A DNA stretch of 64,000 nt from Planctomycetota bacterium (GTDB lineage Bacteria; Planctomycetota; UBA1135; UBA2386). Below the pieces are notes generated by a model that saw nothing but the letters and a program-made list of their open reading frames with translations, had not been told where the DNA came from and made no database searches. Below, in pieces: positions 39,014-49,047 of the stretch (its first letter is position 1; the number at the start of each line of letters is the position of its first letter). The translations under genes were made by a program, and so were the position numbers. The DNA is taken from positions 5,600,001 through 5,664,000 of the forward strand of contig JBKAGP010000001.1 of NCBI GenBank assembly GCA_046290465.1, written 5' to 3'.

Positions 39014-40189
39014 CTAGGCCTTCCGCAGCGGGCGGACGATCAGGTCCTTCAGCGCGAAGTTGCTGCCCTCGCCGACCCGCGTCACGAACAGGTCGTTGTG
39101 GTGGCGGATCAGGCCGAACTCGTCGAAGCACGAGACGCCGCCGCAGATCTCCATGCCGAGCGCGACCAGTTCGCTGGCGCGGCGGCTGCACTCGACCTTG
39201 ATCTTGGCCGCCTGCTCGCGGCCGAGCGTGCCCTTCTCGTAGAGGTTGCAGCAGTGCATCAGCCACGTCAGGCCGCTCTCGAGCGCGATGTCCATGTCGA
39301 CGATGACGTCCTGCACGCGCTGGAAGCGGCCGATCGGCTTCTCGTCGAATTGGATGCGCTCCTCGGCGTAGACGCGACACTTGTCGAGCGCGAACGCGAG
39401 TGAGCCGAGCGCCAGCGATGCGATGAACAGGCGGCCGCCGTTGAGCGTGGTCACCATCACCTTGAAGCCGTCGTTGACCTCGCCGAGGATCGCGTCGTCC
39501 GACACCTCGACCCCTTCGAACATGATCGAGCCGGTCGACGACTGCTCCCAGACCTTCTTGCCCTGCATCTCCTGGTAGAAGACGCCCTGCTGGTCCATCG
39601 GCACGATGAAGCAGGTCGAGCGCTTGCCGTTGGGGGCGTCGGGCGCGGTCAGCGCGTGCACCACGACGTGGCTCGCCCAGCGGGCGTTCGTCGACCAACA
39701 CTTCTCGCCGTTGATGACCCACTTGTCGCCGTTCTTCACGGCGGTCACCTCGGGGTTGGCCGCGTCACTGCCGCGGCCCGGCTCCGACAGTCCGAACACG
39801 AACATGCGTTCGCCCGCAGCGAGCGCCGGCAGGTGCGCCTGCTTCTGCTCCTCGGTGCCGCACAGCTGCAGCGGCTTGGCGCCCAGCGAGATCGCGGCGC
39901 CGGGAGTGATCGCGACGGCCTGGCTGTGGTAGCCGATCGCCATGCCCATCAGGCACAGGTCGGTGTGGTCGCCGCCCTGGCCGCCGTACTCCTCGGCGAT
40001 GGGGAGGCCGAACAGGCCCATCTCGCCCATGGCCTTCAGGCAGGAATCGGGCACCAGCTGGTGCTCGCGTTCCCAGCCGAGCAGGTGCGGTGCGACGTGC
40101 TCGTCGCTGAAGTCTCGGACCGCCTCGTAGAAGGCGAACTTGTCCTCGTCGATCAGGTTCGCGAGGTAGGTGTCAATTCTGCGTGCCAT
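39014..40189 (-). CDS. Acyl-CoA dehydrogenase
   Basis: EEYGG, FGLSEPGRGSD, INGEKCW, LNGGRL, YAEERIQF..PIGRFQ, GEGS. Confidence 0.95.
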   Translation of the reverse strand: MARRIDTYLANLIDEDKFAFYEAVRDFSDEHVAPHLLGWEREHQLVPDSCLKAMGEMGLFGLPIAEEYGGQGGDHTDLCLMGMAIGYHSQAVAITPGAAISLGAKPLQLCGTEEQKQAHLPALAAGERMFVFGLSEPGRGSDAANPEVTAVKNGDKWVINGEKCWSTNARWASHVVVHALTAPDAPNGKRSTCFIVPMDQQGVFYQEMQGKKVWEQSSTGSIMFEGVEVSDDAILGEVNDGFKVMVTTLNGGRLFIASLALGSLAFALDKCRVYAEERIQFDEKPIGRFQRVQDVIVDMDIALESGLTWLMHCCNLYEKGTLGREQAAKIKVECSRRASELVALGMEICGGVSCFDEFGLIRHHNDLFVTRVGEGSNFALKDLIVRPLRKA

Positions 40190-40265
40190 TTGCCCGCCAG
40201 AGTAGGCCGGGCCCAACGCCGACACCAGCGCTGGGCCCGCCTCGGCGGGGTGGATCGGCCGGCGC

Positions 40266-42401
40266 TCAGCGGTCGCGCTTCTCGGCCGGGGCGTCGGCGC
40301 CGTCCTTCGGCTCCAGATCGCTGAGGAACGCGCGCGCGGTCGGGTTGTCGCGGTCGAGCTCGAGCACGCGGCGGAACGACACGATCGCGCGCGCCGGCCG
40401 CTCGGAGAAGCGAAGGTTGTAGCCCAGCAGCAGTTGCGCCCAGGCGTCGTACGGCTTCTCGGTGCAGTAGTTCTGCAGCGCCTCGACCTGCCGGTCGAAC
40501 TCGGCGCGGTCGTCGTAGAACGTGCGCTTGTCGGTGTCGGCGGTGACGATGCCGGGCTCGAGCCGCACCGCTTCGGCGATCAGGAACGCGGCGTAGTGGT
40601 AGTCGCCGTTGGCGAACACCGCGTCGGCGAGCACCAGGTGCACCGAGGCGTCCTCGGGCAGGTAGTTGCGCGCCTTGGCGTAGGCCTCGGCGGCGTCGTT
40701 GTAGCGCTTGGCGCGGAAGTAGAAGTCGCCGAGCTCGACGTACTTGCCGGCCAGCGTCATCGCCGCGCTCTCCGGCTCGTCGGCGACCCGCGGGGCGCCG
40801 ACGCTCGAGCCGTCGTCGACCCGGGCACGGCTGCCGACGTCCCCGCCGCCGATGTCGCTACCGGCGACGATCACCTCGGTGCCGCCGTCGTAGACCGGCT
40901 CGAGCGAGCCGTCGTCGACCACTGCGGTGCTCGGCACGTACAGGTAGGTCGGGCAGTAGGTCGTGGTCGGGTACCACCAGTAGTTGGCCGGCAGCGTGTT
41001 CGGCACCGACCAGCCGGTCCAGTAGGCCGAGCGGTAGCAGCCGCTCCAGTAGTTGTTGTGCCAGGCGTAGTACGGGCCCAGCAGGCCGACGTTCCAGGTC
41101 CACGGGCTGAAGCCGCCCCAGCCCCAGCCGCACAGGCTCCAGCGCGACGCCCAGCCGTAGCCGAACGGCCGGTTCCAGCCGAAGCCGATGCGGCCGAAGT
41201 TGCCGCCCCAAGGCCCGCCCCAGGCGCCGCCGAAGCCGCCACCGAAGCCGTTGTAGCACCAGTTGTTGTTCCAGCCCCAGTAGCCGCCCCAGACGTTGCG
41301 CAGGCCGACGCCACCGCGGTAGCCGACGGCGGCCCAGCCGCGGCCGACGAACGAACCGTTGCGGTAGCGGTTGGCGGTGCCGTAGCCGACCGGCGCGCCG
41401 AGCCGCGGCGAGCCGAGGCGCGGCGCCGTGCCGGCCAGCGCGCTCGACGTCACCGGCGACGGCGCCGTGCGCGGCGCGAGGCGGCCGGTGCGGCCGGTCG
41501 GCGCGCGGGTCACGCCGGCGCGCGGGGCGCGCGAGCCCGCCACGTCCGCCGGACGGTAGCGTTCGCTGATCGGGCGGGTGCTGCGGCTGGTGCGCGAACC
41601 GGCGCGAACGTCGGCCGGCGTGCGCGTCACCGACGGCCTGCTGGTGCGGCTGCGGTAGCGCGCGTCCGACGAGCCGCTGCGCGTGCGCGTCGAACGGTTG
41701 GTGTTGCTGTTGTTCGGGCGCGTGTCTGAGGTGCGCGCGCTCGAGCGGCCGCTGCTGCGGAAGCTCGACGATGGCCGCGACGTGTCACGGTAGCCGGGGC
41801 GCGAGGTCGAACGCGTGCTCGAACGGCTGGTCGAGCCCGGCGTGCGCACGGTGCGGGTGATCGAGCGGCCGGACGACGAACCCGGCGTCGGGCGCGACGA
41901 CGAACCCGGCGGGCGGTAGTTGCCGGTGCTGCTGCGCGTGCGCGGCGTGTAGCCGCGCGACGTCGACGAGCTCGGTCGCGAGCTGCGGATCGTCGGGGTG
42001 CGCGAGGTCGAGCGGCCGGCGCTCGAGCGACCCGGGTCGGACCGGGTCGGGGTCGAACGGCCCGGCGACCGCGAGCTCGGTCGCGTCGAGCGCGGGGTCG
42101 AGCGGCTCGACGAAGGCCGGGTCGAGCGGGAGGTCGAGCGCGGCGTCGAACGGGTCGTCGATCGCGGCGTCGAGCGGGTCGGGCGCGAGGCCCGCGGGGT
42201 CGAGCGCGTCGGCGTCGACCGGGTGGCGCGCGGTGCCGAGCGGGTCGGCCGCGACGCGCGCGGCGCCGAGCGGCTCGGGGCCGGTCGCGACACCGACGGT
42301 CGCGAGCTCGGGCGCGACGAGGATCGCCCGCGCTGGGCGGACAGCGGCAGGCTGATCAGCAGGCCGAGCAGCACGAACAAGAAGGATCGGGTGGTCGTCA
42401 T
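40266..42401 (-). CDS. Secreted low-complexity protein (R/S/T/P-rich, then G/W/Y-rich) with C-terminal TPR
   Basis: Signal peptide ..LSAQ; about 300 aa of S/R/T/P repeats; GWGWGG region; TPR LGDFYFRAKRYNDAAEAY. Confidence 0.85.
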   Translation of the reverse strand: MTTTRSFLFVLLGLLISLPLSAQRGRSSSRPSSRPSVSRPAPSRSAPRASRPTRSAPRATRSTPTRSTPRASRPTRSTPRSTTRSTPRSTSRSTRPSSSRSTPRSTRPSSRSPGRSTPTRSDPGRSSAGRSTSRTPTIRSSRPSSSTSRGYTPRTRSSTGNYRPPGSSSRPTPGSSSGRSITRTVRTPGSTSRSSTRSTSRPGYRDTSRPSSSFRSSGRSSARTSDTRPNNSNTNRSTRTRSGSSDARYRSRTSRPSVTRTPADVRAGSRTSRSTRPISERYRPADVAGSRAPRAGVTRAPTGRTGRLAPRTAPSPVTSSALAGTAPRLGSPRLGAPVGYGTANRYRNGSFVGRGWAAVGYRGGVGLRNVWGGYWGWNNNWCYNGFGGGFGGAWGGPWGGNFGRIGFGWNRPFGYGWASRWSLCGWGWGGFSPWTWNVGLLGPYYAWHNNYWSGCYRSAYWTGWSVPNTLPANYWWYPTTTYCPTYLYVPSTAVVDDGSLEPVYDGGTEVIVAGSDIGGGDVGSRARVDDGSSVGAPRVADEPESAAMTLAGKYVELGDFYFRAKRYNDAAEAYAKARNYLPEDASVHLVLADAVFANGDYHYAAFLIAEAVRLEPGIVTADTDKRTFYDDRAEFDRQVEALQNYCTEKPYDAWAQLLLGYNLRFSERPARAIVSFRRVLELDRDNPTARAFLSDLEPKDGADAPAEKRDR

Positions 42402-42615
42402 GGGTTCCTCGCGGCGCGGGGTGCATCGCCCTTCAAGCAAGAAGGATACCGGGCGGGGAGAATGGTGCCGGACCCCGCGGGGGCCGGAGTTGTGGCGTTT
42501 TGATACGCTTCGACGTATGCAGCCTTTGCCGTCCGGGGCGATCTGTCTCGCGACCGCTACATGGGCTTCGCCGGCGCGGGCCACCAGCGTCGGCCGCTAA
42601 GGTGCGTTTCGATCC

Positions 42616-43263
42616 ATGGCCAACCAACCCGATCCGTCGCCGCAGCCGCCGTCCAAGAAGGCGAGCCTGCTGGGCCCGCCGCTCCGCACGTTCTTCCGCG
42701 GGCTCGCTGCCGTGCTGCCGCTGGCGCTGACCGCGTGGCTGATCACGTGGGCCGTCGTCGGCGTCGAGTCCGGCCTCGAGCACGTGATCGTCGAGCAGCT
42801 CGAGTGGATGCCGGCCGAGAACTACTGGCGCGGCCTCGGCACCGTGCTGGCGATCGGCGTGGTGTTCCTGGTCGGCCTGCTGATGTACTCGTGGTTGGCG
42901 CGCCGCCTCTATCGCGCGTTCACGGCGCTGATCGAGCGCATCCCGATCGTCAAGACGATCTACGGCATGTTCGTCGACGTGGCCCGGCTGGTCGCGAGCG
43001 ACGAGGAGAAGCCGTTCCGCAAGGTCGTGATGATCCAGCTGCCCGAGGGCATCGAGCAGATCGGCTTCCTGACGCGCGAGGCGTTCGACGACCACCCGGA
43101 CGTCGGCGAGGGCAAGGTCGCCGTCTACCTGCCGATGAGCTACCAGCTCGGCGGGTTCACGGTGATCGTTCCCGCCGACCGCGTGCGCGAGCTGTCGATG
43201 TCCGTCGAGGAGGCCCTACGGTTCTGCGTCACGGCCGGCGTCTCGCGACAGCAGGAAGTGTGA
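42616..43263 (+). CDS. DUF502 family membrane protein
   Basis: FFRGLAAVLPLALT, ERIPIVKTIY, IGFLT, VYLP, MSVEEALRF..TAG. Confidence 0.88.
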   Translation: MANQPDPSPQPPSKKASLLGPPLRTFFRGLAAVLPLALTAWLITWAVVGVESGLEHVIVEQLEWMPAENYWRGLGTVLAIGVVFLVGLLMYSWLARRLYRAFTALIERIPIVKTIYGMFVDVARLVASDEEKPFRKVVMIQLPEGIEQIGFLTREAFDDHPDVGEGKVAVYLPMSYQLGGFTVIVPADRVRELSMSVEEALRFCVTAGVSRQQEV

Positions 43264-43326
43264 CAACTCGCGACGCATCACGTCGAGCGTTCTCGTCGGC
43301 GAGCCCGTAAGATCCGCGGCCCAACC

Positions 43327-46242
43327 ATGCGGATCCCACACGCTGCTGTCCTCTCCCTCCTGGGCGTTTCCCTGCTGGGCTCTTCCGAGCTCGTCGCCCA
43401 GAAGGCGTCCTGGCCGTATTCGATGGATTACGGCCCGTGTCTGATGACCACGTTCGCCGGTGGCGGCCTCTGTGGCGACACCGAGAAGGGGCTGGTCGTG
43501 CGCCTCGGCGACGCTGGCGCGGTCGCGTTCGACACCGAACTGCTGCGCATGTCGGTGGCGTGGACCGACGGTTGGCTGACCCTGCGTGGCACCGCCTACG
43601 ACGGCTCGCACGGGCCGTTCCCGGCGCGGCGCGGCCAGGCGCTGGCCGAGACGCGCGTCGGGCCGGGCTGGTACCGCGGCGGGGACCACGAGGATCCGCG
43701 GCCGATCCCGCACGGTCCGCTGCCGACCGCCTGGGGGCGCTACGGCGGCCACAGCCGCGTCGGCGACGAGATCGTCGTCGACTACCGCGTCGGCGACATG
43801 GACGTGCGCGAGCACTACGGCCTCGAACGGCGCGAGGTGCCGGTGCTGCTGCGCACGCTCGAACTCGGTCCGTCGAAGCAGCCGCAGACGCTGGTCGTGC
43901 TCGACGGCCCCGAAGGCTCTGGCAGCGTGTCGGCCGAGGCGATGGGCCAGCGGATGGCGCTGCTGCAGTGGCAGCCGAAGAGCACCGGCATGGTCGAGTA
44001 CGAGGGCACCACGACCGACTGGGCGGCGCTGTCGCTCGGCGCGCCGGTGCGCGGCGACTACCTCAGCCGCGGCGGCTGCAGCGTGACGTTCGTCGACGGC
44101 TTCGCCAAGGCCCACGGCAACAAGGACGGCGACCGTCTGCTGCCGGTGCTGCACGACGGCAAGGGGGCCAGCAGCGACGACGACTGGCAGGGCAGCGTCT
44201 GGTTCGACAAGCACAAGGCCAACAACCGCAACACCGACCACGGCCGCTACCTGGTCGAACTCGATGCGCAGGTCGACGTCACCCGCATCCAGACCTACTC
44301 GTGGCACAAGGGTGGCCGCGCCGTGCAGCGCTACACGCTGTGGGGCAGCGATGGCGCCGACCCGACCGCGCGCAACCTGGGCGGCGCCGGCTGGAAGAAG
44401 ATCTGCGACGTCGACAGCAGCGAACTCGGCCAGGGCGACAAGCATGTGGTCGCGATCGCCGACCAGAAGGGCCTCGGCCGCTTCCGTCACCTGCTGTTCG
44501 ACTGCCGCAACGGCGGCACGTTCTTCTCGGAGATCGACGTCTACGCCGGCGGCCTGCGCGCGCGCGTCGACACCGAGGGGCGCGGCCACAAGAACCTGAT
44601 GGCGGTCGCGTACGGCAGCGACGGGCCGCAGCTCGAGGTCGAGGACAGCCGCATCGTGATGAAGGTGCCGGTGCACGACGCGCCGCTGCGCGTGCAGCTG
44701 GCGGTGGCCGCGGTCGACAACGACGACCTGACCGCGCTGACCAAGGGCCTGATGAAGGACCGCGAGGTCGCGGCGATCCCGAGCGGGCCGTCGAACAAGC
44801 GCTGGGGCGAGCCGATCGTCACCAAGGGCGCGATCGGCGAGGACGACGGCGCGTTCGCCGTCGACACGATCACGATCCCGTTCGAGAACCCGTTCGGTTC
44901 GCGCATGCGGACCGGCGCGTTCGACTTCTTCTCGGACGGCCGCGCCGCGGTGTCGACCTGGAACGGCGACGTCTGGGTGGTGTCGGGCATCGACGACGAC
45001 CTCGACCGGCTCGAGTGGCGTCGCTTCGCGACCGGCCTGTTCGACCCGCTCGGCCTGCGCATCGTCGACGACGTCGTCTACGTGCACGGCCGCGACGGCC
45101 TGACGCGGCTGATCGACAGCAACGACGACGGCGAGGCCGACCGCTACGAGAACTTCAACAACCAGATCTACATCACGCCCGCGTTCCACGAGTTCGCGTT
45201 CGACCTGCAGACCGACACCGACGGCAACTTCTACTTCAGCAAGGGCGCGCCGGTGAACCCGGGCGGCCGCGGCTTCATGAAGATCGTGCCGCACCACGGC
45301 ACGCTGCTGAAGGTCAGCAAGGACGGTTCGACCATCGAGGCGGTCGCGACCGGCCTGCGCGCGCCGAACGGCATCGGCGTGTCGCCGACCGGGGTGCTGA
45401 CCAGCGGCGACAACGAGGGCACCTACATGCCACGTTGCCGCCTCAACTGGATCGAGAAGCCCGGCTTCTACGCCGGCGTCAAGGACACCGCGCACCGTTC
45501 GCCGGTGCCGGCGGAGCCGGACCTGCCGCTGTGCTGGATGCCGATGGAGGTCGACAACTCGAGCGGCGGCCAGGTCTGGGTCACCGGCAAGGGCTGGCAG
45601 GACCTGCAGGGTCGCCTGCTGCACAACTCGTACGGGACCTGCTCGACCTACCTGGTGCTGCCCGAACGGGTCAACGGCCAGATGCAGGGCGGTGTCGTGC
45701 GCCTGCCGGCGAACTACTCGTCGAGCGCGATGCGCGGCCGCTTCTCGCCGATCGACGGCCAGCTCTACACGATCGGCCTGAAGGGCTGGCAGACGTCGGC
45801 TGCGCGCGAAGGCGGCTTCCACCGCGTGCGCCGCACCGACCAGCCGCTCGACCTGCCGATCGCGCTGAGCACCTGTGAGCGCGGGGTCTACCTGACGTTC
45901 TCGTCGCCGGTCGATGCCGAGCTCGGTGCCGACCCGGAGAGCTACGGCGTCGAGGTCTGGAACTACGTCTACTCGCAGAACTACGGCTCGCCGGAGCTGT
46001 CGGTGCTCGAGCCGGAGCGCAAGCGCGAGCGCGGCAAGCAGAACCGCGACCCGCTGACGGTCCAGTCGGCGGCGCTGTCGCCGGATCGCCGCACGGTGTT
46101 CCTGACGATCGAAGGCATGCGGCCGGTGCACCAGATGAAGATCACCTGGGACCTCGACACCGAGGACGGCCGGCCGCTGCGCGGCGAGCTGCACAACTCG
46201 ATCCACTCGCTGCAGAAGGACCCGGGCTTCCCGAAGAAGTAG
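43327..46242 (+). CDS. DUF6797-like secreted protein with glucose/sorbosone-dehydrogenase-like beta-propeller
   Basis: Signal peptide, MDYGP, AFDTELLR, FATGLFDPLGL, FHEFAFDL, GLRAPNG, DNEG, DNSSGGQ, RGRFSP.DGQLY. Confidence 0.75.
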   Translation: MRIPHAAVLSLLGVSLLGSSELVAQKASWPYSMDYGPCLMTTFAGGGLCGDTEKGLVVRLGDAGAVAFDTELLRMSVAWTDGWLTLRGTAYDGSHGPFPARRGQALAETRVGPGWYRGGDHEDPRPIPHGPLPTAWGRYGGHSRVGDEIVVDYRVGDMDVREHYGLERREVPVLLRTLELGPSKQPQTLVVLDGPEGSGSVSAEAMGQRMALLQWQPKSTGMVEYEGTTTDWAALSLGAPVRGDYLSRGGCSVTFVDGFAKAHGNKDGDRLLPVLHDGKGASSDDDWQGSVWFDKHKANNRNTDHGRYLVELDAQVDVTRIQTYSWHKGGRAVQRYTLWGSDGADPTARNLGGAGWKKICDVDSSELGQGDKHVVAIADQKGLGRFRHLLFDCRNGGTFFSEIDVYAGGLRARVDTEGRGHKNLMAVAYGSDGPQLEVEDSRIVMKVPVHDAPLRVQLAVAAVDNDDLTALTKGLMKDREVAAIPSGPSNKRWGEPIVTKGAIGEDDGAFAVDTITIPFENPFGSRMRTGAFDFFSDGRAAVSTWNGDVWVVSGIDDDLDRLEWRRFATGLFDPLGLRIVDDVVYVHGRDGLTRLIDSNDDGEADRYENFNNQIYITPAFHEFAFDLQTDTDGNFYFSKGAPVNPGGRGFMKIVPHHGTLLKVSKDGSTIEAVATGLRAPNGIGVSPTGVLTSGDNEGTYMPRCRLNWIEKPGFYAGVKDTAHRSPVPAEPDLPLCWMPMEVDNSSGGQVWVTGKGWQDLQGRLLHNSYGTCSTYLVLPERVNGQMQGGVVRLPANYSSSAMRGRFSPIDGQLYTIGLKGWQTSAAREGGFHRVRRTDQPLDLPIALSTCERGVYLTFSSPVDAELGADPESYGVEVWNYVYSQNYGSPELSVLEPERKRERGKQNRDPLTVQSAALSPDRRTVFLTIEGMRPVHQMKITWDLDTEDGRPLRGELHNSIHSLQKDPGFPKK

Positions 46243-48312
46243 ATGCGCATCCGCACCACGATGGCGTTCGGTTGGTCCCTGGCGGTCACGTTGCTGACCG
46301 CCGTCGGCCTCGAACGCGTCACCGATTCCGACGTCGAGACGAAGCCGACCGTGCTCCGTCAGGGCCCGATGGCCCGCGGTGCGAAGGTCACGTTCGCGAC
46401 CGTGCGGGGCGACAAGGTCACGCACAGCCAGCGCGCGCGCCTGCTGTCGCTGGCGGTCGAGCGCGGCGAGACGCCGACGCCGTTCCTGCCGGTGGGGGCG
46501 TTCCAGGCGACGTTCGACACGGTCGTGACGCTGCCGGCCCGCGACCGGATGAAGTTCCGGCTGGACGGCCGCGGCAAGGTCAAGCTGAGCGTCAACGGCA
46601 AGGTCGTGCTCGAAGGCCGCCTGCGCGGCCGGGAGCCGCTCGAGACCAGCAAGGCCGCGCGCCTGAAGAAGGGCGAGAACGACGTGCGGCTCGAGTTCGA
46701 GAGCGCCGCGCGCGGCGACGGGGAGGTGCGGCTGTTCTGGTCGGGCTACGACTTCGGCTTCGAGCCGATCGCACCGGAACTGATGACCTACCCGGCCAGC
46801 GACGCGGCGGTCGTGCGCGGCGAGCAGCTGCGCCACGGCCATGCGCTGTGGGTGGAGCGCCGCTGCGCGCGCTGCCACGACTACGACGACCTGCGCGTCA
46901 CCGAGTCGGCCTACCTCGAACTCGACCGCGCTGGCCCGGACCTGCGTCGGGTCGCGTCGCGCGCGAACCCCGGCTGGCTGGCGAAGTGGATGCGCGACCC
47001 GCACGCGGTGCGGCCCGACGCGACGATGCCGAAGATGCCGCTGTCGGACGGGGACGCCAACGACATCGCCGTCTACCTCGGCGGCCTTGGCGCGCCGTTG
47101 CCGGCGATGACGTTCACCAAGGAGCAGCAGGACAAGGGCGCGGCCCGCTTCCGCGAGCTCGGCTGCGTCGCGTGCCACACGCGCACCGACGAGAAGGCCG
47201 AGGACGCGGCGCTCGGCGACCGCATCCGCCTGCAGTTCGTCGGCGAGAAGTGGCACGGCGCGGCGCTGGTCTCGTACCTGCAGGAGCCGAGCGCGCACTA
47301 CACCGACGTGCGCATGCCCGACCTGAAGGTGTCGGCCGACGACGCGACCAACCTCGCCGCCTACCTGCTCGCCGGCCGGCAGCAGCCGCCGGCGCCGAAG
47401 GGCGACGCCAAGAAGGGCCGCCGTCTGGTGCAGAAGCACGGCTGCGTGCTGTGCCACGCGTTCGAGGACGACATCCCGCCGGCCGACCGCGTGTTCCCGC
47501 GCTACCGCAACCTCAAGCCGCAGCGCGGTTGCCTTGCGGACGAGCCGGACGGCAAGGCGCCGCTGTTCCACCTGCAGAAGGAGGAACGCGAGGCGCTGCG
47601 CGCGTTCCTGCCGTTCGCCGAGCAGGTGCCGTTCCGCAAGGCGCCGCTCGACTTCATCGCGCGGCACATGACCGCCGAGCGCTGCTACGCGTGCCACGCG
47701 ATCGACGGCCAGCCGTCGACCTGGGCCCGGCTCGCCGAGCGCTGGTCGGAGAGAGAGCCGCTGCCGCCCGAGCAGGACCCGGCCGCACAGGGCCTGCCGT
47801 CGTTGACCTGGGTCGGCAGCAAGCTGCAGCCGAGCTGGATCCGCGGCTTCGTCACCGGCGAACTGCCGTCGCCGCGACCGTGGCTGACCGCGCGCATGCC
47901 GAAGTTCGAACGTCACGGCGCGGCGATCACCGACGGCCTGGTGCGCGAGCACGGCTACGGCCAGAAGGACGAGCCGATCCTCGCCGGCAAGGCCAACCTG
48001 GCCGTGCACGGCCAGCGTCTGTTGGCCCAGGGCACCGGCTTCGGCTGCGTGCAGTGCCACGCGGTGGGGACCCAGAAGGCGACCCAGGTGTTCGAGCGCG
48101 AGGGCATCAACCTGGTGACCGCGCGCGGTCGTCTGCGCCACGAGTACTACACCCGCTGGCTCGCCGACCCGACCCGCATGGACCCCGACGCGCGCATGCC
48201 GAAGTACGCCGACGACAAGGGTAAGACCGCGTTCACCGACGTGCTCGGCGGCAAGGCGGCGGAGCAGTTCGAGGCGATCTGGCAGTACCTCGGCGACAAG
48301 GCGCGCAAGTGA
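46243..48312 (+). CDS. Pentaheme c-type cytochrome with PA14-like N-terminal domain
   Basis: Five CxxCH (CARCH, CVACH, CVLCH, CYACH, CVQCH) with distal MP motifs. Confidence 0.88.
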   Translation: MRIRTTMAFGWSLAVTLLTAVGLERVTDSDVETKPTVLRQGPMARGAKVTFATVRGDKVTHSQRARLLSLAVERGETPTPFLPVGAFQATFDTVVTLPARDRMKFRLDGRGKVKLSVNGKVVLEGRLRGREPLETSKAARLKKGENDVRLEFESAARGDGEVRLFWSGYDFGFEPIAPELMTYPASDAAVVRGEQLRHGHALWVERRCARCHDYDDLRVTESAYLELDRAGPDLRRVASRANPGWLAKWMRDPHAVRPDATMPKMPLSDGDANDIAVYLGGLGAPLPAMTFTKEQQDKGAARFRELGCVACHTRTDEKAEDAALGDRIRLQFVGEKWHGAALVSYLQEPSAHYTDVRMPDLKVSADDATNLAAYLLAGRQQPPAPKGDAKKGRRLVQKHGCVLCHAFEDDIPPADRVFPRYRNLKPQRGCLADEPDGKAPLFHLQKEEREALRAFLPFAEQVPFRKAPLDFIARHMTAERCYACHAIDGQPSTWARLAERWSEREPLPPEQDPAAQGLPSLTWVGSKLQPSWIRGFVTGELPSPRPWLTARMPKFERHGAAITDGLVREHGYGQKDEPILAGKANLAVHGQRLLAQGTGFGCVQCHAVGTQKATQVFEREGINLVTARGRLRHEYYTRWLADPTRMDPDARMPKYADDKGKTAFTDVLGGKAAEQFEAIWQYLGDKARK

Positions 48313-48956
48313 GCGAAGCGCTGCGCGAGCTCGGTGTCGAAGCGGTGGCCGTCGACGACGGTGGCTTCGAGCTGCGCTCCGCGCAGCGGGACTGGCTGAT
48401 GGCCGTGTTCCGTTCGTTCTCGGTGCGCGCCGACGCGCACGGCCGGCATCTGCGGGTCGGGTCCTCGGACCTCGAGCTGATCGAACGCGTCGCCGGCACG
48501 GCGCTGGCGCCGGACACGATCCTGTTCGACCTCGACGGCGTGCTCGCCGACATCTCGCGACGCAGCCGCATCGCCGCGGTCGACGACGTCGCGGCGCTGG
48601 CCGAGCACCACGCGATCGGCGTGGTCACGACCTGTCCGCATCGGCTGGCGGAGTCCGTGCTCGAACGGCACGGCTTCCTGCCGCACGTCGGCGCGGTGGT
48701 CGGCAGCGAGGACGGGCCGTGCAAGCCGGATCCGTTCCCGGTGCAGCTGGCGCTGCGGCGACTCGGCCGACAGCGTGCCTGGATGCTCGGCGACAACCCG
48801 AGCGACGTCACCGCCGCGCGCGGCGCGCAGGCGGTGCCGTTCGCGGTGCTGCCGCGCGGCATCGGCGCCGAGTCGCACATCGAGCGCCTGCAGGGCGCTG
48901 GTGCGGTGCGGCTGGTCGAGGGCGTGGCGTCGCTGCGGCAGCTGCGCGCCGGCTAG
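48309..48956 (+). CDS. HAD-family hydrolase
   Basis: ILFDLDGVLAD, VVT, KPDP, MLGDNPSD. Confidence 0.85.
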   Translation: MSEALRELGVEAVAVDDGGFELRSAQRDWLMAVFRSFSVRADAHGRHLRVGSSDLELIERVAGTALAPDTILFDLDGVLADISRRSRIAAVDDVAALAEHHAIGVVTTCPHRLAESVLERHGFLPHVGAVVGSEDGPCKPDPFPVQLALRRLGRQRAWMLGDNPSDVTAARGAQAVPFAVLPRGIGAESHIERLQGAGAVRLVEGVASLRQLRAG

Positions 48957-49039
48957 GAGCGCGTCCATGTAGTGGACGCGCTGCCAACCGTGATCGCGGA
49001 AGCGGCGTGTACGCTTGCGGACGGGGCTTTGCCCGCTAG
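48953..49039. repeat. 87-bp CTAG-bounded repeat, copy 2 (inverted relative to copy 1)
   Basis: CTAG at 48953 and 49036; 3 mismatches to copy 1. Confidence 0.9.
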
Positions 49040-49047
49040 TCCAGCCC

